In this document: positions 27,202-41,200 of the stretch, in pieces
How positions within the stretch are numbered: the stretch's first letter is position 1
Layout: each line of letters opens with the position of its first letter
Virus record (IMG/VR): IMGVR_UViG_3300042473_001265
Span: 124,001 to 188,000 of that record
Length of the DNA stretch: 64,000 bases
Strand: one strand, 5' to 3'
The notes under the pieces: model-generated
Databases searched by the model: none
Told to the model about the DNA's origin: nothing
What the model saw: the letters and a program-made list of their open reading frames with translations, nothing else
Program-made: the position numbers and the translations under genes

Positions 27202-28482
27202 TTAATTAATCTTAACAATTGCTTCCACAATGCCAAGATCTGTAGTTAATTTATCATTCAAAGAACGACCGATAACATTAAATGCTGTGGCTTCGCCTGC
27301 TTGTGCTGCTCTTGCAACGCCGTTGCCGGCTGAAACCAATCTGTCGCCTTTGCGCACCAACCCAACAGTGTTGACTGGGACACGGCCTGTCATGGCGACA
27401 GCAGGGTGAGTTGTGTCAGATCCAGCAAGACTATTCATCAAATAAGCTGCTCGAGTACTTATGACACCAAATACTTTTTCACTTAGTTCGTCGGCAACTC
27501 GGGTAATTTCGTTTTGGCCACCAAGTTCAACCACAGTTCCTGCTTCCAGCACATCATCTGCCGCAAAGCGCTCTGCAACGTCAGCATATTGAGCACTGAT
27601 GTTTGTACCACTGATGCCGCCGGTGGCGCCATTGATTGTCATAACTGTAGTTGGAGTACCGCCAATATTGACGTTGAATGCAATGTTACCATTGCTGGTT
27701 TGATTGTAAATTGTTGCTGCTGTGCCAACTACGCCAACACGGAAATCTTGGTTGGCACCAACTGATAATCCAGTGTTGTTTAACACACCAAAAGTACCAG
27801 TTGTGGTCTGGTTTACATTCTTCAATATGAAATCGGTTGAGTCATATCCATCAAGTGTTTGAGCAACTGATGCAGTTCCTTGGAACAACGGAACTTGTGT
27901 TCCTACCAATGTGCTCAATGTAATACCGGGGCGCACTGTGGTAAATCCAGTAATAGCTGACTGCGGAGTAAACGCAGCGTCTTTACTGACAATACCAACC
28001 ACATCATCTTCAACATACAATTTAATTACAACGTGACTTACAGATACATTGTCTGTAATGGTGTCGGCAATGGCACCTGTTGTGCCTTGCCCTGATGTAA
28101 ACGCTGGACCGACCAATAAAAATGCAGCGCCTGTCCAAACTTTGAGCTGAGCGTTGACTGTGTCGTACCATAGATCACCTATTACATTATTGGTGGGTGC
28201 AGTGGATTGAGCTGTAGCAGAAGAAATTGTCTTAAAGGTTGATCCGTTATAGACTTTCATCAAACTGTTAGCACTGTCCCACCAAAGCTGTCCAGTTAAT
28301 GGTGCGCCGGGCGCAGTGGTATTGGATCCATTTTCCAACAGGTGGATAAAGTTTTCATCTAAAAATTCGCCGTAACCCGCGTAATTTTTACCAACCAGCA
28401 CCATTGAACTGGCTGTGTTGATGGTACCATCTGCAATAGTAGCAAATATTGTACCGTTTGTTAAATTAATTGTATATGACAT
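27202..28482 (-). CDS. Tail fibre/appendage-like protein with C-terminal autoproteolytic chaperone (peptidase G2-like)
   Basis: GKNYAGYGE..ENFIHLLEN, GQLWWD/GDLWYD repeats; YADVAE..GTVV..GVIS..VAMTGRVPV..KGDRLVS. Confidence 0.7.
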   Translation of the reverse strand: MSYTINLTNGTIFATIADGTINTASSMVLVGKNYAGYGEFLDENFIHLLENGSNTTAPGAPLTGQLWWDSANSLMKVYNGSTFKTISSATAQSTAPTNNVIGDLWYDTVNAQLKVWTGAAFLLVGPAFTSGQGTTGAIADTITDNVSVSHVVIKLYVEDDVVGIVSKDAAFTPQSAITGFTTVRPGITLSTLVGTQVPLFQGTASVAQTLDGYDSTDFILKNVNQTTTGTFGVLNNTGLSVGANQDFRVGVVGTAATIYNQTSNGNIAFNVNIGGTPTTVMTINGATGGISGTNISAQYADVAERFAADDVLEAGTVVELGGQNEITRVADELSEKVFGVISTRAAYLMNSLAGSDTTHPAVAMTGRVPVNTVGLVRKGDRLVSAGNGVARAAQAGEATAFNVIGRSLNDKLTTDLGIVEAIVKIN

Positions 28483-28504
28483 TTGTAGCTTGCTCCGTTA
28501 AATG

Positions 28505-28511
28505 TATTTAT
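28505..28511 (-). promoter_or_regulatory. Putative late promoter ATAAATA
   Basis: Overlaps stop of 28508-29128; GGAG RBS follows. Confidence 0.5.
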
Positions 28512-29128
28512 GCTGCACTAAGATTGGTTAGCGTCTGAATACGAATTGTATAATCAATCTGTATCTGTCTGTTCAAACTCTTTTGTACTGGGTGAAATAT
28601 CACATGGGTAATCAAGCGCAGATCGGTAGCGCTGCCGTTCCATGTTTTAAGCCCTAGTTCGTCAAACACATATTCCCCATTGAAATTTGTGCTGTTATCA
28701 AACGCTTGCTGGCCCGGAGGCTCGCCGTAATCCAACAAACATGTCACTAAAATATCTGTATAAACTTTACCAGATGTATGCAACACTGTCATTTTGTTGT
28801 TGGCAGTGTCTGTATCAGCAGCAGAATTATCATCTACTACTTTGGCATAAGTTTCGTTGTATAGATTGGCATTTTGTCCAACTGTGTTTGGGGGCAAATA
28901 GGTAATGATACCTGTGGGATCCACACTGGAGCCGCCGTTGCCAAACGCCATCGAATATATCCAGCCGCCACCTTGCGCAGATGTTCTGTGGCTTAGAGTT
29001 TGGGCCATTGCATAGGATATATTTTCATAGTGAATTGCGTTCTTTTTATCCACCAACACTTCGCCAGTGACTGGATCATGAATCTTAATAAATCCTTCGA
29101 TTTTAGCTAATCCTGGCTGAATTATCAT
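28508..29128 (-). CDS. Virion structural protein (baseplate/tail-fibre associated)
   Basis: MAFGNGG, FDELGL, HVIFHPVQKSLNR; context. Confidence 0.65.
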   Translation of the reverse strand: MIIQPGLAKIEGFIKIHDPVTGEVLVDKKNAIHYENISYAMAQTLSHRTSAQGGGWIYSMAFGNGGSSVDPTGIITYLPPNTVGQNANLYNETYAKVVDDNSAADTDTANNKMTVLHTSGKVYTDILVTCLLDYGEPPGQQAFDNSTNFNGEYVFDELGLKTWNGSATDLRLITHVIFHPVQKSLNRQIQIDYTIRIQTLTNLSAA

Positions 29129-29262
29129 GCTCGCTTCTCCACTATAACTTCCTTAGTCTTTGGATCAAAAATACGAATATGACCTTCAACAGAAATGGTC
29201 CCTGTTTCTTGAGGTTTTTTGGCCGGTGCCGCAGGCTGTTGAGGTATTGCATTTTGAGTCAT
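29125..29262 (-). CDS. 45-aa protein MTQNAIPQQPAAPAKKPQETGTISVEGHIRIFDPKTKEVIVEKRA
   Basis: TAAATA 4 nt upstream; ATGA overlap with next gene; similar to N-terminus of 28508-29128; not in ORF track. Confidence 0.75.
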   Translation of the reverse strand: MTQNAIPQQPAAPAKKPQETGTISVEGHIRIFDPKTKEVIVEKRA

Positions 29263-29278
29263 ACTTTATTTACCTTGA

Positions 29279-32200
29279 TTATTCGCCCCGTAAAAACCTT
29301 GCAGCCACAGTATTGGTATCTTGCAGTGCTACGCCGTTGCTTGGGGTTCCTGCACCAGGTGCATACCATGTTACTCCGCGCCGTACCAATATTGTAACTT
29401 CTGAACCGGCTGCTGGTGCTGTATCAAACAACACAGTGACAGGGTTTTCATTGGTAACTGTATATCCGCCCAATTGCAATGTTCCGCCTATATAAACTTC
29501 AATTGCTTCGTTATATACAGTACTGTCTTCGCTGGACACATCTATCAGTGCAGCCACAAATGATGTGGTAACTCCGTCACCAATGTTTACTCCTGATATC
29601 AGTGGGTTAGTTATATTAGAAACAATATAATTCTGATATTCTGGTTGTAACAAATTGCCGCGGCCAATGTTATAAACATCTGCGTTGACTGCATGACTAG
29701 CAGCGCCAGTTCCGGCTGTTCCGCGACGCAATCCACTGACGGTATTGGTAACCAGATTGCGATTGCGGTACATGATTCGTTCACCGTTGACAGTCAACAG
29801 ACCCCAGATATTATTGGCTAAATTTGGTTCATCTAGTGCGGCTGCATTGTAAACATAAATTGTGTCGGCATCAGCACTCAACGCTTGTGTCAAATATGTT
29901 GTAGTTGCTGTGGTAATGCGGTAGGTAGCTTGCACACCGCGCATGTCTTGGAATATACGGAATGCCATTGCCAATGGAGCAATGCTGTTGGTAAACTGCG
30001 TGATCATCACTACATCAGTTGGTGACAATATATATCCGCCGGCCAACACAATTTCATCATTTACAAGTGTATAGCTAACATTGTTGAACAGCAAAACGCC
30101 ATTTAGAGTAACAAATAAACGATCAGGGTCTGTGTTCAAATGATCCAAGAACAAGTTGTTCAATGACACTTGCTGCGGCGGACTGTAATCAAACGACCCT
30201 GGCGCACCAACTACTGTTCCAACGTCAAAATCTGTACTGTCAAACGGTTCAGTGCCATCTGGAGTAACTCTTGCGCCAGGACCAACATATACCTGTGTCA
30301 GTATATCCTGTTGGCGAGTATCATTCCAGCTTGTTACAGCAATAATTTGGCCATCTGTAGGAACAAAGCCGCCGTATTGATTAAACAATATTTGATCGCC
30401 TGTGACCACAGCCTGTGCATCAGTGGTCACACAAATTAAAATTTTCTCTCCGTCGGTTGGAGTGACGTCAAAAATCACTGCTCTTGGAGTATCAGGATCA
30501 TATGGCTCGACAATAAAATCTATATTGAGAATTTGAGGAATATCGTCAACATAAACACGAACTTCGTTGTCAGCAATTATGCTCTGGTCAAAGCCTAGAC
30601 GTTGAGGCAACAGATATTCACTAGTGCCATCAGCATAGTATTGTGCGCCGGCTGCTGTTCTCACTCTGCGTCCGTCAATGGTGACATACACATTGTCTGG
30701 ATTGGTGTACTCCATGCTGTTGGTCAGCGTGTACAGATATTGGTTAGATATGCCTGCAATGTATTGAGTAACCGGAACAGACCAACTGTAATTTATTTCA
30801 GTGTCGTCAATGGTAGTTGGACCAATGGCCGCAATCATCAAGTAGTCAGCGGATGTATACAAGTTGGAAAACAGTAATTTAGTACTTGTTCCTGCTTGTA
30901 TATAGGTGTAGTTGGTAATCAGACTGCCATTGACAAATATAACAAACTCGTCAATCAATGAATACTGAACTGGAACAACCAATGAGCTTCCGATTGGTTC
31001 TGGTGTAACTTCGTCTCCATTGTAAGGACGTTTGAGTAGTTGATTGCCACCACCTATTTCAAACAATGAAATTACTATGACATCGTCTACATCAACACCA
31101 TTGATCACAGTGACAGTCTGGGCAACCCAATCAACTGTGTAATCTGTTACAGGATGCATCAACAATCCGGTAGTTTGATTTTCCACAAGCAATGTAGCAG
31201 GAACTGGATCTACACTAGCAAAATCAAATGTCTCTGGCACTGCTGTCACAGTGTATTTTTTAACTTCAATACGGAAGCCGTGGCCGTCACGGGCCCAATC
31301 AGCACCGGGAGTTGTGTACACTCTTAGATCCAGTGTGTCAAACTCGCTGCCTGGAACCAATTCTTCTGGAGCATGACTTGAATATGTGTCAATATAGGCA
31401 CCGCCGTCGGCGTTGATACTGGTGGCCAATGTTCCCAAATAAGGATCGTTATATGGACTTTGGTAGATGGCATCCAATATGGTCTGATCGTATGTGGGAC
31501 GACCTTCTGGGCCGTATGTCAAGTTATCAAATGGCGTTGTATCAAATGGTGCTATATCAAATCCCGGATATTGATCATATCCTACCCCAAACATTTGCAC
31601 TCCGGGATATTCAACACCGTCGATCAACAATGGCAAACTCAACCCAGGCTCGTTCACTGTGGGAGTATAAAAACCCATTGTACGGTCAACGCCGCTCAAC
31701 AGTCCAGGATTGACAATGACCCAATCTGCAGGGTCAAATGTATTGCTCTGAATGCCTGTGCTGTCGTCGGCTGCGGCTTCCCAGACACGGTTCAAATAAC
31801 GAACCTGTGTGCCATTGTCGTAGTTTACGCCGGCCTGCCATTCAACAATGGTAGATGAGTATTCATATCTGTCGTATTTGATTCTGGTGGTAATTTGACG
31901 AATCAAATCATTGCCCATTGTCACTGCTGCTGCGGCACCAGTTCCGTTGCCGCCAACAAAAGTTATAATAGCAGTGGTTGTGTAACCACTGCCATAGTTG
32001 TCAATGGTTATGCCGGACACTTGTCCTGCACCATTGATAATGGCAGTCATTTCAGCTTGTTCAACACAATCGCCGGTCACTGTGATCGACGGTGCCACTG
32101 TATACCCAACTCCGCCATTGGTAATCACAACTGCCTGTATGCTCAGTGTGTAATTTGCGTACCATTCGTCCCACGGGGTTTTAGCCCACAGTGTAGAATC

Positions 32201-35200
32201 AGCCGCTGTATCAGCATTGAAGTTGGTATTGCTGTTGGCAGTTGACTGAGTATACGGCAACAATACTGGACTGATAAATTGCGGTACAGTCAGAGTTGCA
32301 TCCCAAAATGCCGGCAAGTCAAAGTCGGTCATCAGTCCAGGATAAGCATCGTTGCCATTGTAAGACAGGTTAAACTCTCGAATTTGTGTATGATAAGGTT
32401 TAACTTCTTGTATGTAATTCAACACAAAGTCTTGATTGTCTCGATTGTAAAATTGATACGGTAATAAATTACGAATCTTATGATCAACATCAATTAGACT
32501 GGTTTTTATCAACCAGTCTGGTGAAGCAAATTCGCTCATCACATATTCAAATGTCAATATCAATGCACGATTGCGCTCAATCAACAACTCGTCAATGAAT
32601 AGTTGTTCATTGATTGCTTGGATAATTTTACGAGTTTCGATAACAGGTTCTTGATCAAAATACTGACTATCAAAAACTTCTACATCAAACCCAAAGTTGC
32701 CAGCAGCATAGTCCCACAATGATCGACTGAATTCAATTGTGCCATCTTCTAACCCCACACGATCCCATCCAAGATCAGTGCGTTGGTAAATTTCAAATTT
32801 TCCAGTGGTAGCAGCATTGGTCACTTCAACACTGGCACCAACTGGTGCAATTTTCAATGTCACCCCGGACAATCCAGAATAGTTCAACACCGAAGTTACT
32901 GGATTTACTGTTTTATTATAGCCTGGCAGATACCAATCAATATAAGACCAATATCTTCGTGTGTCATAGTTTTGAACACGAATCAATGTCAGCTCTCTGG
33001 ATCCTGGTGCAGAGCCAGACACAACTTCGTATATGGTCCAAAAACCACTGTTGTTGGTGTCAGTGGCCACTAGATATCGGTATCCAAGGGGTACAATAAT
33101 TAGATTTTGATAACCTAATTCTGAAAGGTTGGCAACTCTTTTGTTCCATGCACCAGAATTGGCTGCTGGTTCCGGCTCTCTGCTGTTGAGCAAGGTAAAA
33201 CTTTTTGTTTCAGTGATAGGATACTGTGCCAACACTGTGTTGGCGCGGCCTAGGTAGTTTTGCAGTGCCCCAAAACGGTCGGCAAACATGCTCTGTCGAG
33301 GGCGGAATTCCACACCGTACCGCATGGCCGGACTTAGTCCAGGATCTGGCACACTGGCGCCGGTAATGTTGATACCAGAGAAACTGTCTTGCAGTTTCAA
33401 ATACAAGTTACCACTTAAGAAACTGTCAGCACGATCCGCTGCAATTAATTCATATTCCTGGTGAACATTGTCATCATTGGCCAAGCGATCATATTCAACA
33501 TGCAGGATTGTGTCTTGAGCACTTATTAGGTCAAGCACATTGTAAATTGCCACTGTGCTTGCATTTAACGGAGCAAGATATGCAATGCCGCTGGCACGAG
33601 GAAACTGGATATAGTTGGCAATGGCAGTTGTGCTGAGTTTTTTTCCTGCCACAGTGTTGACTGTGGAAATATTTCTCACCCAGAAATAATAACGAGTAGC
33701 AAAAACATTTTCAGAATTTAATTCTGCACGAGTAGTATAGCTCAGGAAACTCAATGGAGTTCCGGGGCCTGTGTAATTGGCTGGTTGCACTTCGCTTTCG
33801 ACCCACTGATAGATATCAATACGGCTGCCTGGGAATGTTTGTCCCCAGCGGCGGCTTGCATAAACAATGTCGTCTTGATTGGGGTCTATGAAACGGACCG
33901 AGTTGGTATCCCACCAAATTTGGCCAACTCTTGCGCCAGCCCAGGGATTGCCAACATTGCGAATTGGCCCATTGTTGTAGTTTGCTGGATCCACCGCTCC
34001 AACATAATCAATATTTTCTTGGGCAATACCCAAGATCTTACCTTGCAATGGATCAAAGAAATCCAAGTAACTGGTCACTTGGGACTCTAACTTGTCGTAC
34101 ATGTAAACAGAATTTAGTAGAGCAACATCCACCACTGGTGTTTGTAGATGTTTCACTGTCCAGGCTGGCGTTCTGTCAGGGTTATCAAACACAACAACTT
34201 GACCAAAGTTGGCAAACTGGCTGTCTTCTAAGTCATTGCCGGGTGCGCCCACCAACAGCTTGCCTGTGATGTAGCTGAGCCCAGTTCCGTATCCGTCAAG
34301 TTCTTTGGTTGCATCATTGTATAATTGTTGACCAAACACAAACTTACCGGGATTGTTGACTGAGTCTGTGGAACTTGGCAAATAATCAAAAGTATATGCC
34401 ACGCCACTCTGTACAATTGTGGTTGAAAATACAGTACTGCGATCATCAAAATAAGTTGTGTTGTTGTCAAACGTCACTGGTTTATACATGTTGCCGTTTG
34501 GAGCACCCACCACCAATGTCAACGCAGTTGAGTCAATGAACAGGCTGGATCCAAAACGAGCAAACTGACTTGGATTTGGACTGGTAATTGTTTGTGTGTA
34601 AGGATAATTTACAAAACCAATGTCTGTAAACGCTGATCCAGTTAAGCCCGGCAGCACATTTAGTTTTGCGTTGGATGTTGCTGCGGCCGCATTTATGACA
34701 CTTAGAGTCAGTACACCCGTCACCACACGAATTACAGTTTTATCAGCTGGTGCAGTAATAAAGGCAATAGTACCTTTGGTATTGTTATAGGTGTAATCAA
34801 CATTTAATGTTTGTAATGTTGTGCCCAGGTACACTACTGTGTTATAGCTGTCAAATTGAGAATATGTTACACCAATGTCAAATGTTTTTACAATGCCATC
34901 AGCAACAAAATACAAATCATCACTTACTGTGGCTGTGGCATTTGGTATGCCAATGCCGTTGTTGGCGCTGTTGATGGCCGCAGCAAGGCCTGCCACGGTG
35001 TTGTTGGGAGCGGCAGGCACAGCAACTTGATAGTCATTGACACGCACGGTGTTGCCTGCTGTCAGCACAGGATTTGCAACTGGTGAAGAGATTATACCGT
35101 ACACACGAGCTTGGTTCACATTGCGCTGCACAGCGCCAGAGTCATTGTTGGTATTCTGTGGCGCTCCTATGTAGATGCTACAGTTGTTTGGACACAGGTC

Positions 35201-38200
35201 CACATCCCACCCAAATTGTGCTTGATAAATTGGTGCATTGTCTGCTGTTTGATTTAGAGAATCCCAATCAGATGTGATGACAATTTGTTGTACTGTGTTG
35301 AATATGTTGCTTTCAATTTCAATTATGTCGCCCACTGCCAGTGTCACTGCGCTGGTCAACACAACGTCATTGCCGACCACATTGAATCCACCATCAACTG
35401 CAAACTCTGCATTGGTCAAGAACACATTGTTGATCAACACGCTGACCGGCGCTTGCCATCCAGCAGGCAATGCAAATGTGGTTGTGGCTGTTTCGCCTAT
35501 GCCAACTTGATATCGTAATACGCTGCGATCATACACATATGTGCTGCCGGACTCCAGGGAAGAAACCAAACTTGTTGGCGCTCCTATCACTACCTGACGT
35601 CCATCTGTGGCTGACGCCACACTGTGACCAAAATTTACACTGTTGGCAGGGCCGTCAATTTTGTCAATATATTTAAAATATGTTCTAGCAGACGCAAAGA
35701 TAATTGCATCTGCAGGTGGTATGGCAGCAGGTTCAAATGTGACTGTTGTTCCGGCAAATGTATAATCAATGTATGGGCGCTGTGCAAATCCGTTTACTTC
35801 TAACAGGAACGAATCAATATCAGTTGCTGTGTACAAATATTCAGACAGGTCAAACGAGTCGTCGTTGTCGATGCCGGAACCCACAGGTGTAAATGTAACA
35901 ATGCCGCCAACTGTGACTGTGTTGACTGTGATCACCAAGTCATTTGCAGGTGATGTACCACCTCCAATGGTAGCAGCATTAATAGTAAGTGTATCACCAA
36001 TTGCATAGTCCAGGCCCGGAGCAGTTAACGATACTGCATAGTCTCCGCGAGTACGGTCTACAGTAAATGTTGCTTGTGATCCTGATCCTGATGTGGAATC
36101 TTGTGTTACTCCGTAGTAAACTTGATTGTCAAGTTGTATAGACTGGCGTCGAGCAATCACAATCACTGAACCGGCATCAGGTGTAGCTGCAAATAGCACA
36201 GCGGTATTGCTTAAAACATAGTCAACGCCTTCTGATTGTGCGGTGTTGTTAACAACCACTACCAATTGATTGGGATTTGTATAATCAATTTTGACAGCAC
36301 CGGAATATTGGTATTGTTGGTTTATTCCGTCAGCAATGTATGTCACCGACTGTGCAGCAACATCAACTCGACCATAGGCATACACTGCATTTTCGTCCGG
36401 AGCTCCGATGTACACAATTCGTTCATCTTTGCTTATGGCAACACTGGTGCCAAAACTTCCTGCACTGGTATCGTAGTCGGGTGCCACCAACAATTGTGGC
36501 TGTGTAAATCTACTGTCGGATGGATTTCTATTGATAATTGAAGCATACCCAACACCGCTGGCACTAAGGCTTGCGCCTGCTACTGCCCATGTTTGATTAC
36601 CAAATGCAATGTCATTACCAAATCCCAGTGTTTCGGGTGCTGTCAAGTATAATAAATTATCGTCAACATATAGCGCATCTGCTCCTCGTACATACGGATA
36701 TATCACACCGGTAACAGTAGCAGTTGCGTCATTGTAGAATGTAGGTGCGCCTACCAGGGCAGCAAGATTATCATAGGCTTGTGCAACACTTGTGCCATAC
36801 GCAGTATTTTCTATTGGCAAATGCTGCACTAAAGTATGGTTGTCAGTGAACACATCTTGTTTTTCCAGCACTTCCCATAGTTGGGCGCCGTTGTTGTCGA
36901 CCCAGGCCAGTGCACCAGGTACTAGATCATTGGCATAAGATAACAATCCCACGTCACTGGCCTGGGCCACACGCATTGTATCAAGATAAAATGCCAGGCC
37001 GTTGCCGGTGGCAACAATTTGGTTGCCTGTGAATGCATAAGCAACTGTCAAAGTAGTTGGCGTTGGTGCTGTCAACACACGATATACACCGTTGAACGAT
37101 TCATTAAAGAATCGAACAATTAATATATCTCCACGAGTTAAATCGTGTACTGCGGTGAATGTAACTAAACTTGTTCCGTTGAGATTGTCACTTACTCGAG
37201 TAATTCTTCCTGGGGTCTGAGTGGCACGGTACACATTCCAATCATAACTGTTTGTTTTGGCTACCCAAATTCTTGTGCCGTTTCCAATGTTGTCAAGGTC
37301 TGCTGCAATTGAACTTGGATCATCCAAAGAAAACACTGTGATATCAACGTCGTTGATGTTGACATAACCTGCTGTTGGCAATGCTGTGTCTGTAACAGTT
37401 GTGGTTGTTGTAGGTAAAATGTCAGTTGACGGCAACTTATAACTTTCACGCCATACATTATTCAACAACACAGTTTGATTTGCTACACTTGATTCGCCCA
37501 CTTCAATTATTTGTACTGTTGCAGGATCACTTTGCAACAATGCTTCATTCAATTGCAATTCAAAGAAACTGCGGTTGGCATTGGCACCATAGGTGCCGCG
37601 CAGCACTGCCCAATTTTCATAGATTTGATAATCAGCAACTTCTTTGCCAAGATTTGCACCAGTAAATATTTCAGCACTCAGCACAGTACCTTTGGTACCA
37701 ATGAACTGCTTGTACAGATTGACTTGACTGGTATCGTCAAGATTCAATGCAACCATATATTCGCGAGGTTGGAATCCGATCAGTCCATAACTTAATAAAT
37801 CGTTGTCACGCTCCAAGTTGGCTGTTTGTGTGTTGTAACTGTTGGCCAGCTGGTCTGCTTTGTTGGCCAAGTTGGGCAACAGACCTTTTTGTATTTTGGT
37901 ATAGTCGCTCTTGACCCAGTCAGCATAGGCAAATTCTCTTTTGGGCTGAACAATTATCTGTGCAGACCAATAGGTATTTTTATAATTGACAATTTCGCCT
38001 TTGGCATATCGGCGATTTGGAACCCAATCTTGCACATTGTCTTGGTTCAACACAAACCCTTGTGCATTCAATGTGCCGTCCCACTCGGTAGTGGTCATTG
38101 CTATTACATTCACGCGGTTTTGTCTAGCAGAAGTAGTTGGGTTATAAATTAAATCAGCAAAAATACTGACATTGTCTAAAATTACAAGATTTTCATAACT

Positions 38201-41200
38201 GGTGTATCGTAAGTTGGCATAGGCAATTGCCTGGCCAGTGGCACTGGTCACGCTAAATCTATTTTCCAGTCTTTCTATAATTAAATTTCTAGCATCAAAC
38301 GGTTGACGATTTTGATCCAGCATTATATTTTCTATATTCTGCATCATCACATTGTCAATGACTGCGCCGGGTCTTTCTGCAACCAATTGAGTTGCAGCTG
38401 GATTCAAGTTGATTAAACTGTTGACACCCCAACCTTGGTTGGCCCAGTACAGGAACTCTCTGGCCATTTGTTGCCAATCCAGCGGATAACCATTTTCACG
38501 ATCTTCACCAAAAATCAATCCTTGACCAGTTAAGTACTGTCCATAACTCAACAAGAAGTCGACCACCGAACTTTGATTTGTGAATACAAATCCGTATGGC
38601 ACTTGCACAATGTCTGTACTGTATTGTTTTGGCACACGCACAGTGCTGCCACCAGCGCTGACTGTCTGTAGTTGGCCATTGGCACGACTTGCTAGAATAT
38701 TAAAGTATGGATCAACTGTGCTGTATCCAAGCACTGCATATCCAGTGGCAACTGCCTGCACAATAACTGCACTGTATGCAAATGAACTAAATGGCACATT
38801 TTTGTACAACAGCAAATTGTAACTTTCATCCGGCAACAGCAGACTGGAGTTTTGACTGTCTGGACTTGACCGCTCGGTATACACTTTGAGGTATTGTTTG
38901 TCTGTAAAACTGGCAGTTCTCCAGCACAAACGAACATCAAGGCTGGCCAACGCCTGTTCCAACGCATCTGTTGAATTGATGCCCAACTGTTGATTGTAAT
39001 CCACAATCCAGTTGATGTAACTGGCCTTGCTGACAGGAGTAACTGTTCCAGCAACACGGTCAACATGCCCGCCGTACACTTGAACACCATTGGCATCCAG
39101 TCTATAACGACCATTGTATAGATATTGTTCTAAGTCAGCATCGTATTTGTAAAGGTCGCGATCAGCAAATAAACTAAAGAATTTGGCCGGACAGGTTAAT
39201 GCCAACAAACGCATAACAGCAAAAGGATAACTGCTGCTGGTCCACCATGCAGCTTCGGCCGGCCCACCATCGCCAACTACCCAGCTCTTACGGAAAGCAT
39301 TGGGATCGTATGCTCCAACCACACTGTCCAGTGGAGGCAGCAGTGCGCCTTCTGACCCAGTGGGGATAAAGAATGTGGACAAGTTTGGTCGTTGATATTT
39401 TGGAATAATATACGGTGCTACAGGATCAGCCACATAACCCGCTTGAATGTCATCCCATAATACCAAGTTGTCTCCGGTGTAAGGAACCGGTCCATAACGA
39501 TTGGTCCACCACACAGGCTGTTGACTAAATCCCAGCATTTCCCATGGTGTGGTAGATGGACTCAGAGTATCATAAAAATTTCTATAGATTCCGCGCCAGG
39601 CCCCCAACAATGGCAGGTTGAATTGTTTGTCGCCGGCTTGACTGTAGTTGTATGTGAACGCATTGGTGTTGATGTACTGCTGAGTTTTGTAATCAATCTT
39701 GTTCTGGCCACACCAGGTCAAGAAACTTTCGCCAAGTATGGTTGTAATTTCAGCAGCAGTGTAATCTGTTGTTCTGAAGTATCCGGGTATCACATCATCT
39801 GCTACCAATGGAACTGGATTGTCTTGAGTTTTCAAATTGTTAAAAATTCTACGCTCAAATTCCAGCAGTATATCATCACGCAGATCGCCAAATGCAACAG
39901 TAACGCTGCCGTCGTGGCCACGAATAACCACGGTGGGATTGACATAGTTTATATCCAAATACATCTGTGGTTTGTACGCTGCATACAATCCCATCTTGGT
40001 AGGAGTATTGGGAACAAAACTGCCAGTGGTTGTGGCATATTCTCGAACAGTGACTTGATCGCCCACAGCCAATGGCACAGTGACATCAATTCGTGGTCCA
40101 TCTGTGGCCACGGTGTAATCATAATTCAATGTTAACAAATTGCCATTTAGATAAACCAACAATCCTAAAAAGTTAGCAGATGTAAATGTGTATGTCTGAA
40201 CTGTGTCAAATACACCTGAGGTAATTGGTGTCACAGTGTGAATAATCTCTGTGTACACACTGCCGTGTGGTATCATGTCACTGTAGAAAAAACTGTTTAT
40301 ATTAGTTTTACCCAAGCTCAGGTCCGTGATGATTGAATCAAGTATTTGACTGGTGGTGAATGTGCCCCATTCGCTTTGAATGGCTGCTGCTAACATTCTA
40401 TTCTTAAATTTATTGTATTCTCTATCATTGAACTCTAGAGATTTAAAAATATTATAATTTGGCTCTCTCATAAAGAACCCAGCCAGAGTCATTGGAGAAC
40501 TTTGTTGCAGTATGGTTGTGCCATAGCGACCAATGTTGCCCAGGTCTCTGGTGTTGTTAGCTCCGTTGATTTTACCAACAAAGCCAATGAGATTCTCTGC
40601 AATACTTTCGTAATGTGTTCGCACAGTGCCCAGTGTAAACACATCACTGTTGGCGTTGAGTGGATTGTTCTCCAGATTGATGGGAACTTCATAAAAACCT
40701 GTTGCACTAACTTGATCACTCAGCACTTGTACTTCAATCACTGAGCCTGGTACATAGATTTTGTTCAGCGTAATTATAGTTGTGGTTGCATTTATTGTAA
40801 CTGTGTAATCTTGAGGCAACACAAATTCATCAGCCACATAAAGCATAATGGCCGGCACTGTGGTGTTAACTGGCACAACGATATCCAATTGCAACGGTGT
40901 TCCGTTGTAGGTAAATTGGAATTGTTGGCGAATCTGACTCGGAGTCGCTGCAACATCCCACCCAATTTTACGAGTGTATAAAACGCGGTCGCTGTATTGA
41001 TACACAAACCCATCACTGACATTGCCCACTACACCAGAAGTACCAGTTACATAATTGAATGTGTCAGTGTATAAATTATTATCAAACACTATATCACCAA
41101 TGTTGGTAAGACTCAGGTAACGCACAGGAAATCCCAATACAGGGTCTGCTGTTCCATTGCCAATGGCATAGCTGAATAGTTTACTTCCAACAAATGTAGA

